A stretch of DNA of 55,895 nucleotides, filler included, from Sphacelaria rigidula (GCA_964200075.2; 3 parts of 3 records of this genome joined end to end with filler, not necessarily neighbours in it), one strand, 5' to 3'; numbered from the whole stretch's first letter, positions 39,566 through 54,600 are shown. Notes: generated by a model from the sequence alone, not told the origin. Program-made: numbers and translations.

Positions 39566-40989
39566 TCTACTGCATCATACGTACAGCGAAAAAAACGTCG
39601 AAGCTCCTTGTACTGTAGGTGCATTTCGGCAATAGATGTTCAGAAATATGGGCTGATGAGCAGGTAATCGGAAGTGCAAGGGGAATGTGAGACTGGAATA
39701 ACATTCCACGGTGTTTAATTGTACAACAGGTAGTTAGGCTTACACATCCAGCTGAAGGTTTGCGTCAAAACTACGAGAGAGAAGTAGTCTGTATGCTTGG
39801 GCTCGGGCTGAAATTGTTCACGCGGGAAGGATATCGAACACGATTGATGAGGATGAACTTATCAAAATTTGCGAGTTTGTCTAGCGGGTACTGCAAACAA
39901 CGCCAATCTCACGATGGATATCAACGGGCCCGGGTACATCGATTGTCATCTGGAAAACTGTGTAGTCACCTCCAAAAGAATCTCCCTTTTAAGGGTTGAT
40001 GTCGGTCAGCAACGACACTGTAAAACACGCCACTCACTGCGTAAGCTAGGCAACAAGGTTGCGGATGTTTTTTTGCACGCTTGCGTTTTCTTTGTGGTAA
40101 CCATATGGTGGTCGAGCGACATTATAGTGTGCGGGGTAGAGAACTTCAACTCCGCGCAAATGGGATGATCGTACTACGTGGTGTTTCAATGGTGAGACGC
40201 CCATGAGGTAGTGTGTAAGCCATGGATGCCTCTGGAAGTGGCGATACCATAAAACGAATCAAGTCATTGCAGGCTGTCAACCATGTGCAAGATAACCAGC
40301 ACGCTTCGCACCGAACAATCTTAGCAGGATGCAGCTCACCCTTCATGCCACTTGCCGAACACATCACGGCGCTTCGCGCTTGGTGATTGCGAGCCCGGTC
40401 CGGCGACAATCCGGCGTGCTCCGTCCCGGCTTTGTAGGGATGCGAGGTCAATGGTCATATGACTACAGCATGCAAGATCATGAGTACACCCCCCGAAAAA
40501 GCGAGGCAGTCGACGCCAGCAGCGAGCGAGGTCACATACTATCTTTATATATGTATATATATATATGTAGTCATCAATCAAGAAGAGGCAGCCGAGAGAC
40601 GGAGAAAAGGCATGCACTTCCGGGAACAGCTACGAGTACGCGGGATAATTGAACTTCTTCAAGACGCAGTTGCTGCGAACTCGCACCTGTATTGCTATGC
40701 TGACCGTCCTGTCAACAAAGCCAGGGCGTGCCAGCAAAATGCCCCTCCAGTGAGCACGGCAGCACTGAAATCGAGGTGGGGATACATGTATCAATACCCG
40801 GTCGGTGGCATGATGGGTGTTGAAAAGTTGACTCGGGGCTAAATTTCCGCCTTTGAATCCCAACTGATAGAAGCGGAGGAGGGACAAGCTTATGATGCAA
40901 TTGGCATGCCCACCGAACATATTATTGGTATTGGCTCTCCATGTACAAGTCATGCCAAGGAAGGAGTGGCACTTCGGGCTCAGATGTTT

Positions 40990-41193
40990 TCTCGTCGAGG
41001 GGGCCCTATAGTTAGGAGGTACACAAGAATATGGGTCAGGACATCCCCGTTTTTGAAATTCATTCGAGACATCCATAGCCCATTGGAATGCATTTCGTGA
41101 CGTGCTTTCACATATTTTCGTGATTCGTATTTTCGATGAGATGAAGAGCTCCTAACAAGAAATATTTCGTGCACCCCTACCGCGGCATGTCTC
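40990..41193 (+). mobile_element. Partial second copy of the 39304-39565 MITE
   Basis: Shares AATATGGGTCAGGACATCCCCGTTT, TTTCACATATTTTC, GCTCCTAACAA and the right TIR GTGCACCCCTACCG. Confidence 0.75.
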
Positions 41194-44100
41194 ATTGGAA
41201 TCGCGTCTGCATACGTGCGACGTAGCGCTGTCGCCGATCACGATTTTTCCACATAAAACACACTGGTCTTGTCACGTCACCTTCGCCGATCATCCATTGG
41301 CAGTTAAACAGAGGGGACAGAACGCACTTCAATACCGAAAATTCACTACCGTTTAAGCCTCAACACGGTATTCTTGGCACAATTTAGACTTACACCATGC
41401 ACCCTCACGACAGAGCGTGGCGTACAAAGACATCAAGGGCCTCACCCCTGCCATAAAGTCGCGACGGCTCAGCAGAAGCACGTGAGTACAGCGGAGATCT
41501 CCACCCTGGTCGACGATCACGAGCAGTTTCTCGCCTTCGCGAGTGAAGCGTCGGTATGCCCGTCCAATACCACGTAGCCACGTGTGTGGTGAGGCAACGG
41601 GGCAGTTTGGAGCGAAATGAGCCACAAGTGCACGCACAGGCTACTAGGCAGCTTGAAGACAGCGTCACTGGCTACACGTGGAACAACAGTTCACCAGCTT
41701 TAAACGTCTATACAGACAAGTTGTTTTCATAGTACTGCAAAACCCCTATTTTGCGCATGGAAGTGAAAGAGAGACGGACACACCCAGAAACTCACAAGTA
41801 CACACATACACGGATTCTCACCCCTCCGCACTCGTGCTGAATATTCAGCGTGTAGCTGGGCTCGCTCGCGCCAACGGGAACTCAAGGAGAAGGAAAGCTC
41901 GCGTGGATCGCCGCGACATGCGAGGAAGCTGGGAGAAGGGATCGGAAATCAGAGACTACAAAACTCTCACTAGCAAGCGCAAGCGACGCGGATGACAACC
42001 GCGAGTGGCGTATACTAATCTACAAAACGAGGTATCATAAGCTCGCCGTAGCGAGTGCCCTTCTCTACTTCCGACATACGCGAAGATCTGAGATGAACGC
42101 TTGCCAATTAAGACATTCGTCCCCTCATTGGATACACCACACACCCCACACATCGGTAGCCCGGCACCATCACGCACCATCACCCATCCTCCCGTGCTGC
42201 GCCTTGCAGCTCTCGGTTGAACCCATACAGGATGGAAGATACTGAGCACTCCTCTCGAAGGGGCGCCCTTGCGCGTGTTTAAATATTGCGGAAAATGAGT
42301 GTTGGGTATACAAGAAACAAAGCCCTCAGGTCTTGTGCGGTTGCTTCCTCAGTGCCGTCCTCCTTCCCCCTTGTCCTTCCCTTCAAACCTTGAGAATATG
42401 TACCATTTCGTCCGAAATTCCTTCCGCGTAGATATTCCCGATTTCAACGCTGTAAAATGCCCACTTCGAAGTGCACACCATGATTATCAGCACAAGGTAT
42501 CTGTCACACGTGACGACGGTAGATCCAATCAATCGTCGTATACGCACGCATCCATGACCTTCAGGAGACTACCACCGTCTTGCAGGTAACAGCGACCGTT
42601 GTTGCGCAAAGTGAAGAAGGCTAGCCAGTGGGAGAAAGCCCGTGGGGAAAACTCCCCCGTGGCATTTCCTGTTCTTCGAAAATAGCGCTCCACCATCGAC
42701 ATTTCTGCCTCCCTGGAAGAAGTTCCAGCACAAGGTGCCGGCAAGGAAGATATACGCGCATCTTCGTCTCCCGTACTTTGCCTCGCCGATCCACCACCAC
42801 GGCCACTACCATCGTTACTACCGTCATCATTATTTTTGTCTTCAACATTGTCTGCTCGAGTTCGTCTCCGCTGCCACGGTGATAGATCGCGCCGACGATC
42901 GGTTTGAAGATAGGTTGCTTGTTGATGGCGTTCTCGGATGGGGTCGTTTGTGCAGCGAGTATTTTGTTGTGTACCACTACTGTGTTTGTTGCATGTACTG
43001 ATGTTTTCCTCTCTGCTTGAAGTCCTCCAAACGAGGCTGCTAGACGATTGAGTCTGTGCGACCACCACACAACGGTCACGAGACCGACTCCGTGACCGAC
43101 TTTGCCTACGGTTACCCATCTTACCCATGTCGCCGTGTCTGCTGCTGCTGTAGCTATTGTCATCACCGATGCCGCTGTAAGCACTTGGAGAATAGAGTTT
43201 CTCGTGCATACTGTCGTCGGTTCGTTCGGCGCTTGTTTGGGTTGCGCGATCTAGATCCCTGTGCGTCGTTGCAGGTAATCCGGTGATGAAGCGTGAAGAA
43301 GTACAGGGTTCTACCCTTGGGCTGTTGAGCTGGTCTTGGTACCGCAGATCGATTGCAACTGTAAACGATGCTGCCCCCCGTAAATGGAAGGATTACGTGA
43401 CCTCACAGGGATGTGTTGCGTGATAGCACAACTCAAGGTGGAGGGAGAAACCCGTACAGTGCCGCGCTAACTGTGCTGTGTTTGTGAACAACGATGCAAA
43501 TTGGAGACACGGGGACGAAAATAGCAAGAAATGCGGTGCAACCTATATGCGGTGCAACGCCCCAGGTATGTTCAATTTCTTGTAACCGTAATGTGGAGTT
43601 TGGATACGAGCAAATCCTGAGTTATCGCCTTGAAGCCTTTGATGGATGTACGACGACAATCATTCTACTTTCATATTGTAGACATTATGGAGCGCGTGTC
43701 TTGTATGCGACACCCATGGACATAGTGTCGTTGATCAAACAGATCCATTCGGGTTTTTTCTCAATCTACATCGGCGATGAACAAAACCTAGGCGAACGAA
43801 ACGTACGTCGTCCCAGTCTGGACATCCTAAGGGTTCTTATTTTTATTTACACTATTCATTGTTGTACTCATGCTCGGGTTGTGCGAAATCCTACCGCCAT
43901 GAAGCAGTTCACATAGCCAACCTTTTGGGGTTTTCTGCACCGTCCTGTCTTGTTTGCCTTCTTCGAAGATACCTCCTGGGAGACTCCGCGCGTGCGGAAG
44001 GTTAACAGTAAAACGCCTTATAGGAAACTCCCACCTGGTCATGGTGACGAGCCGTATACCAGGAGGTTGCGGGATAACGCAAAGGCACCTCAGCAGGGTA

Positions 44101-45634
44101 CCATTTCACGCATATTTCACCGTGATGAGGTTATCGTGTGACGTAAGATGCCATGAACCCTAGTATCCGGAGAACCTCTTCTTTCCTAGAAAGTACCGTC
44201 GAAAGCGGAAGACAGACAGCATAGTAACCCCCAGAAGAGTGGCCATGTAAGCTGTCGTGCGGGGGTAGGACTCCACACAACCCGAGAAGCGTGAAAGGTA
44301 TGTCATGTGTATGCCGAGCAGAGAGCAGACAAGAGAGGTGAGAGAGCCCCAATCACGTTGGTGGCAGATGACGTGTCCGCTCAGCAGCCCGTCGAGGGGG
44401 CGGAAGCGTGAAATTCAAAACGGACGGGGTGCTCGGACCGAAAAGCTTATGTTCCTAACTTCAAGTCAAGGAAATGCCGCGTTGTCACGGCTCGAGAGCG
44501 CACGGAATGCTGCGCGAGGACACGGGGAGAAGATTCACCTGTGCTCCCAGTATATGATGTTTTCACCACGTAGAAAGAGGTCAATCGGACTGGAGGGGTG
44601 CTCTGATTTCACTTTGGAAAGTTTCCAGAATATGTACGGTGGGTTGTTGCATATAATTTGTGTGAAATATGAAGAGAGAACTTTTAAAATCTCCTCCATT
44701 TTCTCGCGCTGCAAGTATCAGGTATACTTAGAGAGATTCTTCGGAGGATAGCACCCATGGGGGAAGGGACGGGCTGCGGAACGAATTTAGAGTGAGAACG
44801 GCGCCAGTGAATCGCGCAACATCTACTACGGCGCGTGTACAGTCTCATCCTTGATCATTTGGTAACACTGGTTAGTTTTTGCACCATTCTTGTTGGCATT
44901 TTTTCCGCAACAAGAGCACACCCCCAATTGATTTTTATCGAACCTACGGCCTGCTGTTCCAATATCTCTCTTCAGTGCGGGGTAAACTTCACCTTTTTTA
45001 TCGCGTACGAGTGGATGTTTTCGAGTAGGGCAGTTGTGTCGAAACCAAACGGCGTGCGTGCAATTACAGGGACACCCTCACTCTGTGTACAACCGGCAAG
45101 ACAGCACAGATTCCGACGAAAACATACCCAGATTATATTTTTTCGTTCATCACTTCGGAGCTACGTTTCTCAACATGTCAAGGAAACGAGTGCGGGTACA
45201 CAAGCAAGACCACTAGAAGCCAAGCTCTAAATATTACACGATGAACATGATCACTGTTCACTTCCACTCAACGATCAAACACCCCCAAGAGTGTTTCCGC
45301 TTCCATTGAAGAGACTTCCGAGGGCACCAAAAACATAATACCCTCGAGCGCCTCTGCCCACCCTCGCCCGAAATACCCGAATATTTCCTGTTTGTGCCGT
45401 CATGTTCCAGACGCTTTTCTTTTCACTGGCTGGTACGCACGTCACAAGCAACATGAACAGAAGAGTTACAGAGGACAACGCTAACAAGCGTACGGCCGCT
45501 GTCCACTTTTGTCCAATTTTTTTGCTACATGCGCCGACGTTCACCGTTTGCAGTGCCCATGGTTCAATTCCAACGCCACTGCCCCCTCCTCCGACACACA
45601 ATTGACCAACTCTTGATATTTCAAAATCACTTAA

Positions 45635-48600
45635 TTAAAAGCCTAGTCCGCCCATAGCCTCTCCCTGCTCCTTCGAGAACATCTCGTAGTACTGGTAGAT
45701 GATAGTTACGGCGAGCAGAATACCGGTGCCCGACCCGATCGCTCCCAAGAAATCGGCCGCCACGGTCAGGGCTCCGATGCACATCCCACCGAACGCGGCC
45801 GCTGTAGGGATGTAACGCTCGAGCACCTGCACATGGCGACACAAAAATAACGCAGGGGAGGAAAAAAACTTCAGAGGGGGAACAAAATTGTTGGGAAAAG
45901 TTCGTCACGAGATATTAGTCATCATGGCAGATTGTGCCGTCATCGCGACGCCCCCAGTTTCCGCGTTTTCCTCGGCGGTTGATGGGAAAGCGAGTGGCCA
46001 CTGCCGGTCCACCTCAACAACGGCGCATCAGGAGCGGAATTTGCCAAGAGCGGCACCAGCCCTCTGTCGGCCGTTATGACCAACCGATCCGTCCTCTCGT
46101 CACAGCGGCCCTCATTTTCACGTCCTCGTCGCATGAAAGTGTCGAAGCGGGCGGTCGTTATTGGTCCACCCCGACCACGCGTGCCGCATCAGGCATGATG
46201 CAGCACCAGCGGGCGGAGGTGATCAATGACGAGCGTTCGTGCACTTCTCCAGCAACCGCCGAGGTGTTGGAGTGGGGGGCGTTGTAATGAGTCGGTGACA
46301 CCGCTCAAATGCCGCCATCGGCGGATTCCATGCTTTGATGCGACATTCCTAATTACGGTGGAACAAAAAAAAGCAGCCCGTGTCATCCCACGAGTGCCAC
46401 ATCCAGCATGGCATCGGCGGTCCCGACGACCCGTACGACCAACGCGAAGCCCTCCGTGCCAACGCCTCAATCAGCGTTCTGGGGAAGATGGTGGCCATTG
46501 TTGGTCGACTTCGACCATGGCTACCCCATCAAGCATGGGCGCCCGCGGCAGATGCGGCAGATGCTTGCTTGAAGCGGCATCGTGGTCGGCGTCGACCAAT
46601 GATGCCCCCCATCTTCCGCACCAACAGCCGAACAAGACGTGGTCACAGGAAGCGTCGCAATGGCGACACCAGAGTGGCGGTGACACCGCGCCGATGCCGT
46701 CATTATATTCCGTGCTTGTTGCAAGACTCGTGGTGAAGGTGGAACAGAAAAAGTCGCTCATACATCCAGCAGGGCATCGATGGTCCAGGTGGCCCCCGTC
46801 CGGCCAACGCGAAGCCCTCCGTACCAACGCCCTACTCGGCACTATGGGGAAGATGATGGCCATCGCTGGCCGACTTCGACCACGGCTACACCACCAAGCA
46901 CGGCACCCACGGCAGATGCGGCATGATGCCTTCCTTAAAGCGACACTCGTGGTCGTAGTCGACCAACGATGCCCCCCATCTTCTCCGTCAATCGCCGAGA
47001 AAAACATGACCACGGGAGACGTCGTGATGGCGACACAGACGGCGGTGACGGTCGATGCAGGTGAATACCACCGCCGGCAGATGCCGTACCTGATGCGGCA
47101 CCTGTTGTGCGGGTGGGCCAACTACGGCCGCATGCATCCCTCACCAACCACATCGTGGAATGTGGACACATGGGGATTGCGTTGACGAAACAACTACTGG
47201 TGAACGTACCCAGTGGTGGATATGCACATGCATACCAAACTCAAGACGCATACATGAAATAACGAAACCAAACGAAACATAACGAAGAATGAACTACAGT
47301 AGTGAATCCGGAATCACGATATGAAACATAGGCTTGACCGCACCAAAAATCTTTGTGTGCAAGCAGGAAAGGCACATCAAAAACCCGACAAAAGCACTAT
47401 CGACGACGTGGGCCTTGGCGGGCTACCGACAGGATCCAACTTTTCCCCAGCGTAATTCTCAAGGATTCTCCACGAACTACATGGATGCGTTCCAGTGTAT
47501 CATTCAAGAAACTTGGCGCAAACCACATGGAAAATGACAATAGACTACACTGTCCAAAAATGCACCGCGTACAGTATCGACTATTGCGTTCGTTGCAACG
47601 GACAATATATCCAGTCGGCAGTACGCTTTTCGACACGTAATCCATTGTCCGGGGTGTAGATGTTGCCACGACGTAGAAGTGAACACCCGACCGGGCAAAT
47701 CCGTTCAACGCCTTCACATACAGAGGGAGCATCGGCTAGAACAGCTAGCTAGCCGTCTGAAGGTTTGGTTGTGTAACACAACTGCCTATCCGCCGACATT
47801 TACAAAACCTGTCAGCTACATACACATCACGAAAAAAGAGAGCGCTAGAGTTATAATCGTCGACCAGCCGACCCGTCTGAGTAAAACTAAACCGGCACGC
47901 TCTTTCTCTCTCCTTTTGAAAAACTGCATGTAGATGATAAATTTCTACCCAGCACAACTCACGTGCACGAGAGCATCGTCCCTGTGCCCCTTCATCACCA
48001 TCTGCTGGTCTCGTAGCTGCTTCGCCACGTCCTGATGGATGAAATGCGCATGCATAACAATCACAAGGGGGAAAAGAAACAAGAAAAAAGGCGCCGAGCG
48101 GGCGGATAGCAGGTGAAGATGAATCCATCCTTTCCCACTACTGTACAAACCCTTGTGAATATTCCCTGCCGGGGCATCCATCAGACATGAAATAAATAGA
48201 AGAAAAACGAACAAAGCAATAAAGAACACGCTCAATAATAATTAGGGCTGTAAGCTGGCAGCTCCGGTGAATTTAGTTCACAGTGGCCGCGCCAGCGGTC
48301 AGCTCATCGATGTTTTTCCTGTTGATCGGCGCATCGCCGTTAAACTGGGAAAACATCGGCGGCGAGTGGCGAGGTCAGCCGAGACGACCCCCTCCCCGCC
48401 CCGAGCCTGGTCCGGCGAAAACCTGGCGTGCTCCGTCCCGGCTTTGCAGGGGTGCGCGGTCAATGGTCAGATACCTACGGCATTGAAGACCATAATTACG
48501 CCCCCGGCTGGTAAGGGGGCGTCGCGGGAGGGCCGCTGGAGGCAAAAAAGATTGCTGTATGTAGTTTGTTTCCCCCTAAAAAAATGTGAGCCCTCACGTT

Positions 48601-51600
48601 GAGGAGCTAAGAGGCTTAAATGACATGCAAATCCCACTGAAAGTGGTGAGCGATCCGAAAATCGTTCTCATACATTTGACAATTGGGGTTTGGCACTCGG
48701 CAGTTCCGCACCAGGCGTTCCGCTTCGCACAAGAGCCACAACTCCTCTTTTTTGTTGAAACTTTTTCACATCCGACGGATCAGTCGTCGACCTACACGCT
48801 ACGGCCGAAAACAAGCAGAATACACCTTAGGTAAGTGGTCAGCTTAGGATTGCCGCATGCTATGGTACTATTATACTACAGAACGCCAGATCTACGCTGT
48901 ACAAGTCGACCGAGACACGGAAAGACGAAGCACGAAGCTATGCACCGCTACTTCACGCGTCATGGACGTCAACAATTTCCGTCGACGCCTTCGAGGCACC
49001 TTCCGTCTCAAGTGATATCCATATTCCTCTGCAACTTCAAGTACAGGCCTCAATTCTTCATTCAGATTGTTTACAGGGGTGTACGCAGTTTGTTATAAAA
49101 TCACTACACTAATATCGGCATAAAAACAGCCTGTGTATGGCAAACTTCAAATAAGCTGGATGAAATGGCGCCGTCGTCGCCAGTTTCAGTTTAATCGACA
49201 GCACAGACTGGTCCAGTTCACACCCCTAATAATGAGTGGGTGATGCATGATCAAATTTCATGTCTGGTAGACCGAAAGGTCAGTAACTCGTGAGGTGATC
49301 AGAATCATATTCCTCATGTTCATTTCCGTTTCTTCATGACGTACCTTCGCAGAGGACCCCGACACTTCGATCCACGTCTTCGAGAAGAGCGCGCACGCCG
49401 TGAGGATAAAAGTGATGTAAATCACGGCGTGGACGGGATCTTTCAAGATCTCCGCCATGGTCGTCGGGGGGGAAATGTAGTACGCCAATCCTCCCACGGG
49501 CACCGAAGTTCCTGGCATACCGTCCACTTCGGCCCATCGCCCCATGAGCCGCACCTGCACCCACAAGGAAGAACGTGCACGGACAAACGGAGAAGAAAAA
49601 AAAACAGAATACTGTCACAGTATCATCCACAGAAAATAGGGGTCGCTACCGACACCCGTTGGTCTGGCGCGGTAGCTTTAGCCAAATGGAAGACACACAT
49701 CAAACACAGCGAAATAGAGAAAAAAGTCTGCCGGTAGCACAGTTTCAAGAAGGGAGCGGGGATGACATCCCATTGAACTGTTCTCCCCACCTCAGTAAAA
49801 GCAGATAACAAATATCATGCAGTGAGCCAAGAGGGGTCAAGTTGTTTTTCCGAAGCAAAAATATTCAGCATATCGAGAAAATCAAGTATACTACACTGGA
49901 ATAACAAAAACCCGCACCATTTTCGTTACCGCGAAGTATTTTCTCCAACCAACCGGAACAAATATTTCCTGCTACTCGCACAACAATTGCCGTCCATGAA
50001 TAAGACTGGCCCTCCTCCCTCTCGCTGGCCCCCTCTGCTATGCAACTTTTTCGAGCGTCCGACGATGATGCACCCCTGAATGTACCGGTCATTTACCAGT
50101 AGGGGGAACAATATCGCTTAAAAAAACACCTACACGCAGGCGTGGTCAACGGATAAGGTCAGTGGTGCGTTTTTTCAACCATCTGACTCACCAGCAGGTT
50201 CCCCGCATAACGGTTGTGCAGCAGCTGACTGAGGAAGTAGAGGTTGGACACGAGGGCCGTTTGGAGGATGACGGGCATGTTGCTGGTGTAGAACAGCTTG
50301 ATGGGATAGGTTCCCTGCTGTCCGCGGTACTTCTGGTACTTTACCTGCGCACAAGCGAAGAAAAAGTCGTGAGGAGTGGAATATGAGGAAGAGTTCATGA
50401 TTCATGTGTTATTCATGTACACATATCGTTTGCGGATTCATCCTCTGGCTCTTAGAATATGTGTGTGTTTTTCGATCTTCGCAAGAAATATAAATTTACA
50501 AGGTTGTATTCTAGATAGTATACCAGCAAAAAATTATGTATTCACGCAAGTATAATAAAAGGGGTACTGTGTGGGCAAATGCTCTTCCGAACCATGCCAG
50601 ATTGTTCGGGACAGGGCTCGACACCCTGCCGAGCCATCCCGGAGATGTTCGACACATATTTTAGCATGGTTTAGAAAACCAACAAAAAAAAACTTTTTGG
50701 GGGTATACCCCACATAACATGACCTTCAAAATATTTTGTTGGGAAAAGGGTAAATCTCAGCAAGGGATGGAAACTAGTAATAGCTGAACGCCACAACTGT
50801 AATAATGCAAAAACAGGAATGTATTTACCAAACATGAGCAGGCTAAGTGAGTCACGCACAACCATGACTTTTATTCCAGGGTAGGATTTACATCAACCAG
50901 TGATAGGGGTGCTTCTTATAATAGACAAGAATAAAAATCTGGAAAAGTGTCTTTTCAGAGCTGATACGTCGTTTTACGGGAAGATGTCCTGGAACCGCCC
51001 CAAATAGTAGAGTAAGTCATTCCAAGGTATCAAACTCCGCTTAGCTCTCTTTTGGGGCATCAAACAACGTGAAAGCTCCGAAAAGACACTTGTCCAGATT
51101 TTCATCTTTGTTTTATAAGGAGCAGCCTAACCCTTGTAGCTTGATTCTTCATGTCCAAATTCTCCTGAATAGTATCGAAGATCTATTCGGCAGTCCAAAA
51201 GCTAAACCGAGCAATTTAGTGACTTCGGCTTCAGATGGTGAACCTGCATGGTCGAGGACTTGATCTTCGATCGATTTGATTGTTTGACTGTCGAAAATCA
51301 ACTGAACCCCTTAACCCAGTGGTGACAAGATACAGGCGTACATAGGGTGATGATAAAAACGGAAACGCAGGCTCAAGAAAAAAACTCGAGAAGGGGACAA
51401 GAAACAACAATAGAGGAAGACAAGAGACATGTACTTACTCGAAGACGACAAACGAAACGGACAAAAAAAATGAAAAAAAATAGGTGTGCCTTTTTGTCAC
51501 CACCGTTGCGGTCACGTTTCCTTGTCACCCCACGAGCCGTGAAACAAAAAAAAAGCGCAATGATACACAAGACACGCATTCCACCAATGTGGGCGCAAGT

Positions 51601-54600
51601 AGTGAATCCTCATATCCCGCGTCCATTCTAAAAGTCATTGGGCAATGAACCATCGGAAAGAACATCCAAAAAATAAAAAACGGAATTGAGTCATACATAA
51701 ATGGTCTCAGAAACCCTCCCCGCCCACTACAAGGAACAAACCGGCTCTGCAAAAAAATAATGCCATAGCGAGACCGTAGTTCTTAGGTATGTACTTGGAA
51801 GGTGCGTTATTGTTGACTGTCGGCTACTGAGAAGTCATTCTCCACTTGAGTACCATGTGTACCGACGCGAGCACTCCGCGACTTGATTTCGGTAGACACG
51901 ACGCTCGCAGCCATGGAAGATCGCAAAACAAGACAGCTTTGGGAGGACCAAAACAAAACTCACTGGAAGGTCTACTCTCCAGCCCTGGAAATAGATGACG
52001 ACGATGAACACGAGAGCGGTCGCCAGCAAGTTCGTGATGTTGGGCAAGTTTTGTCTGTAGAAAGCTTCCTGGAGGGCGCGCATCTGGAAAATGACAAATA
52101 TAATGGGGTGGTGGGGAGGGGGCAAGAGAACGTGAAAAGGTCAGGGGGACACCAAGTGAGGAACATTTCTCGGCGCGTGAACTCAACAATAGCCAGCTTT
52201 ACGTTGAGTAATAGAGGATAATTGCACGTGGGTGTGGTTCCAATATTAGGTGGAATTGTCTGGATAGGACGATGCTGATAACTTTGCGCCATTGTGTGCC
52301 TTCGCTACTAGTGCTGCATGTATCCAAACTTTGTCCTGGGCGGTGACCATGCCACAGCTACATGTGGAACGACACGTACAAATGCAATTTGTTTGGTCCC
52401 ATGTCCCCGGTGATCCTCAACCCTTGAACCGCGAGGTCAGTCTTCTGTCGAATTGCCATCAATTCCAAGTGAAAAAAGTATGCATGATCCAGAAAGACTA
52501 ATCTCGCGGTTCAAGGGTTAACCAGGGTCCTCCTACGCGAGAGGGGGAGGTTGCAAAAACCGCACGTAGCCAAAAAAGACAACAAGATTGGAACAAAACA
52601 TTCACCAGTATATATACAAGAGTTTCGGCGGCTTTGCCGCCACGATCAATGGATCGACAGCCAAAGGATACATGAGCACCTGCGATAGTTGTGGGCGTTG
52701 CGTAAAAAGAATGCCGGTTCAACAAATGACCATTCATCACAGGTATATGAAAAAAAAAACTACCTTGTCGGGGCGTGTGATCATGAGGTGGAACAAGGCG
52801 ATGATGGCACCCTCGAACTCCGTTCCTCGGCCGGTGTTGATGGTCGTCGGCGAGAAAGCCTTCCAAATGATAGTCTCACAGATGTTCGTCGCGATGAACA
52901 GGGAAATACCAGATCCAAGACCATAGCTGCTCGCCAGGCAGAGGTGGGACGGTGGGTGAATACGTCGGTGGGAGAGTGGGTGAGGACGACGCAACGCGGA
53001 GACGTTACACGATACGACCAAAGAAGCAAGACAATGATATGGCATGTACATGTGATGCATGCTGGAAAAAAAACATGGTCAAGTGCAAACAGCTGCCGAT
53101 ACCTACCCACCTCCTGCCACAGGATGGGGGCTAGGAACCAGGGTCACAGTCCAGATCACAGCATCATCATGAAGGCATTGGTGATTAGTGAAGACATAGA
53201 CAGTAGTTTCGGTGTTTCAAGGGAGAGAGAGTAGAAATGTCAATGCGTTGTGAACTGAAGTTTCAAATCGTCCATGATTTTGAGTGATGGAAAAAAAACG
53301 AACATGTTTGGCAGCTTTTGTCTTCGAGATCTGCCGTTAATGGAACAAGTCACCAAGATATTCTACGGTACAATTTCCATAGTGGGGCAACAAGGCTACT
53401 GAGCAACAAGATACTAGTGAGATAGTAAATACCGATACTCGACTCTGCAGTAGTCAACTAAACACTGGTCGCTGTAGCGAGAGTCCGTCTCACCTCTCGT
53501 CTTGGAAGCGCAGATTCAGCACGTGATGGTATCGTACGTAGAATCTTTGTGCATAACTCAAGGCAGTCTGTTACCAGGGTACTGGAAGCATGTCTCAACC
53601 CCCTCGACGGCCGGAGGAATCCATTTGCGGAATCATCATTTCCGCTTGAAAAATGACTAAAATTGACGCCAATTCAACAATTAGACCCCTTTGACGGTCA
53701 AAGGACCAAGGACGCTGAAACTGATGGAACTCTACTCTCTCCCACCCCCCGCTTTCGAGCCTGGTCCTTCGAAAACCCGACATGCTCCGTCCCGGCGTTG
53801 TAGGAATGCGACGTCGATGCTCTCATGACTACGGCATGCAAGAATACCATATCATGAGTACCCCCCGCCCCCCTTTTCCCCGGCAGACCAAAACCCGCCT
53901 CACGATTAGGGGGTTGGTTGCACATCCTGGATAATGACAGTAGATTACGTTGTCAAAAAATGTGCTTCGTACAGTATAGAATATTTTGTCTATTGCAACA
54001 GACGTAATAGTCGATACTGTATGTATTACACTCATGTCAATGTAATCTTAAGTCCAGGGTGTGGCGGTGGTAGATTGCACGCTACAGAATGGCGGGTCTC
54101 CTTTTAGTCAGCTTCGTGTCGTTAACTCTCGTGATCCTCTCCAACGGCCGGCTGTAGATCTGCAGTTGCCAAAGAGGGGAACAAAAGTATGACCAGTCTG
54201 CTTACTGCACATCCACAGGAGGAAGCGATGAATCCGGTCACGTGAACTGGAGAAACGGACTCTGACAACCTCCGTGTATATGGTCATTCGTCAACTTTCC
54301 TGCCGCCTATCTACGACGACAGTGAGAAGAACTGCGCGCTTCCATATCCTCCGCATCATGTTTCTGTACCTAGGGTCGAGGCTAATCAAGGAAAGGGTCG
54401 CGAGTGCGCTGCGCCAAGTTGGCAGAGGGTATCAGCGAATTCGACACTCACACTGATCTTGAGTAAAGCTTGTCGAAAGCTCGAGGCGCCGACCCCACAT
54501 GACCGTCGCCGGAGGCGGTCTAGCCGGGCCTCTAGGCAATCGGGGCACGAACCCGCTTGCGGGGGAAGTGCTGGGTGAGGTTTCCTCCCCACGTCAAGGT

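Noticed and set aside
39653-39690. CTGATGA hammerhead-like core (also near 3252 and 34153)
   Set aside because: No correctly placed stem II-GAAA or stems I/III.
46226-47185. 319-aa and 216-aa ORFs in the Sec61a intron
   Set aside because: They arise from GC-rich tandem repeats and have no recognisable domain.
49240-49320. Possible intronic C/D snoRNA
   Set aside because: C and D boxes are imperfect and no guide sequence was recognisable.
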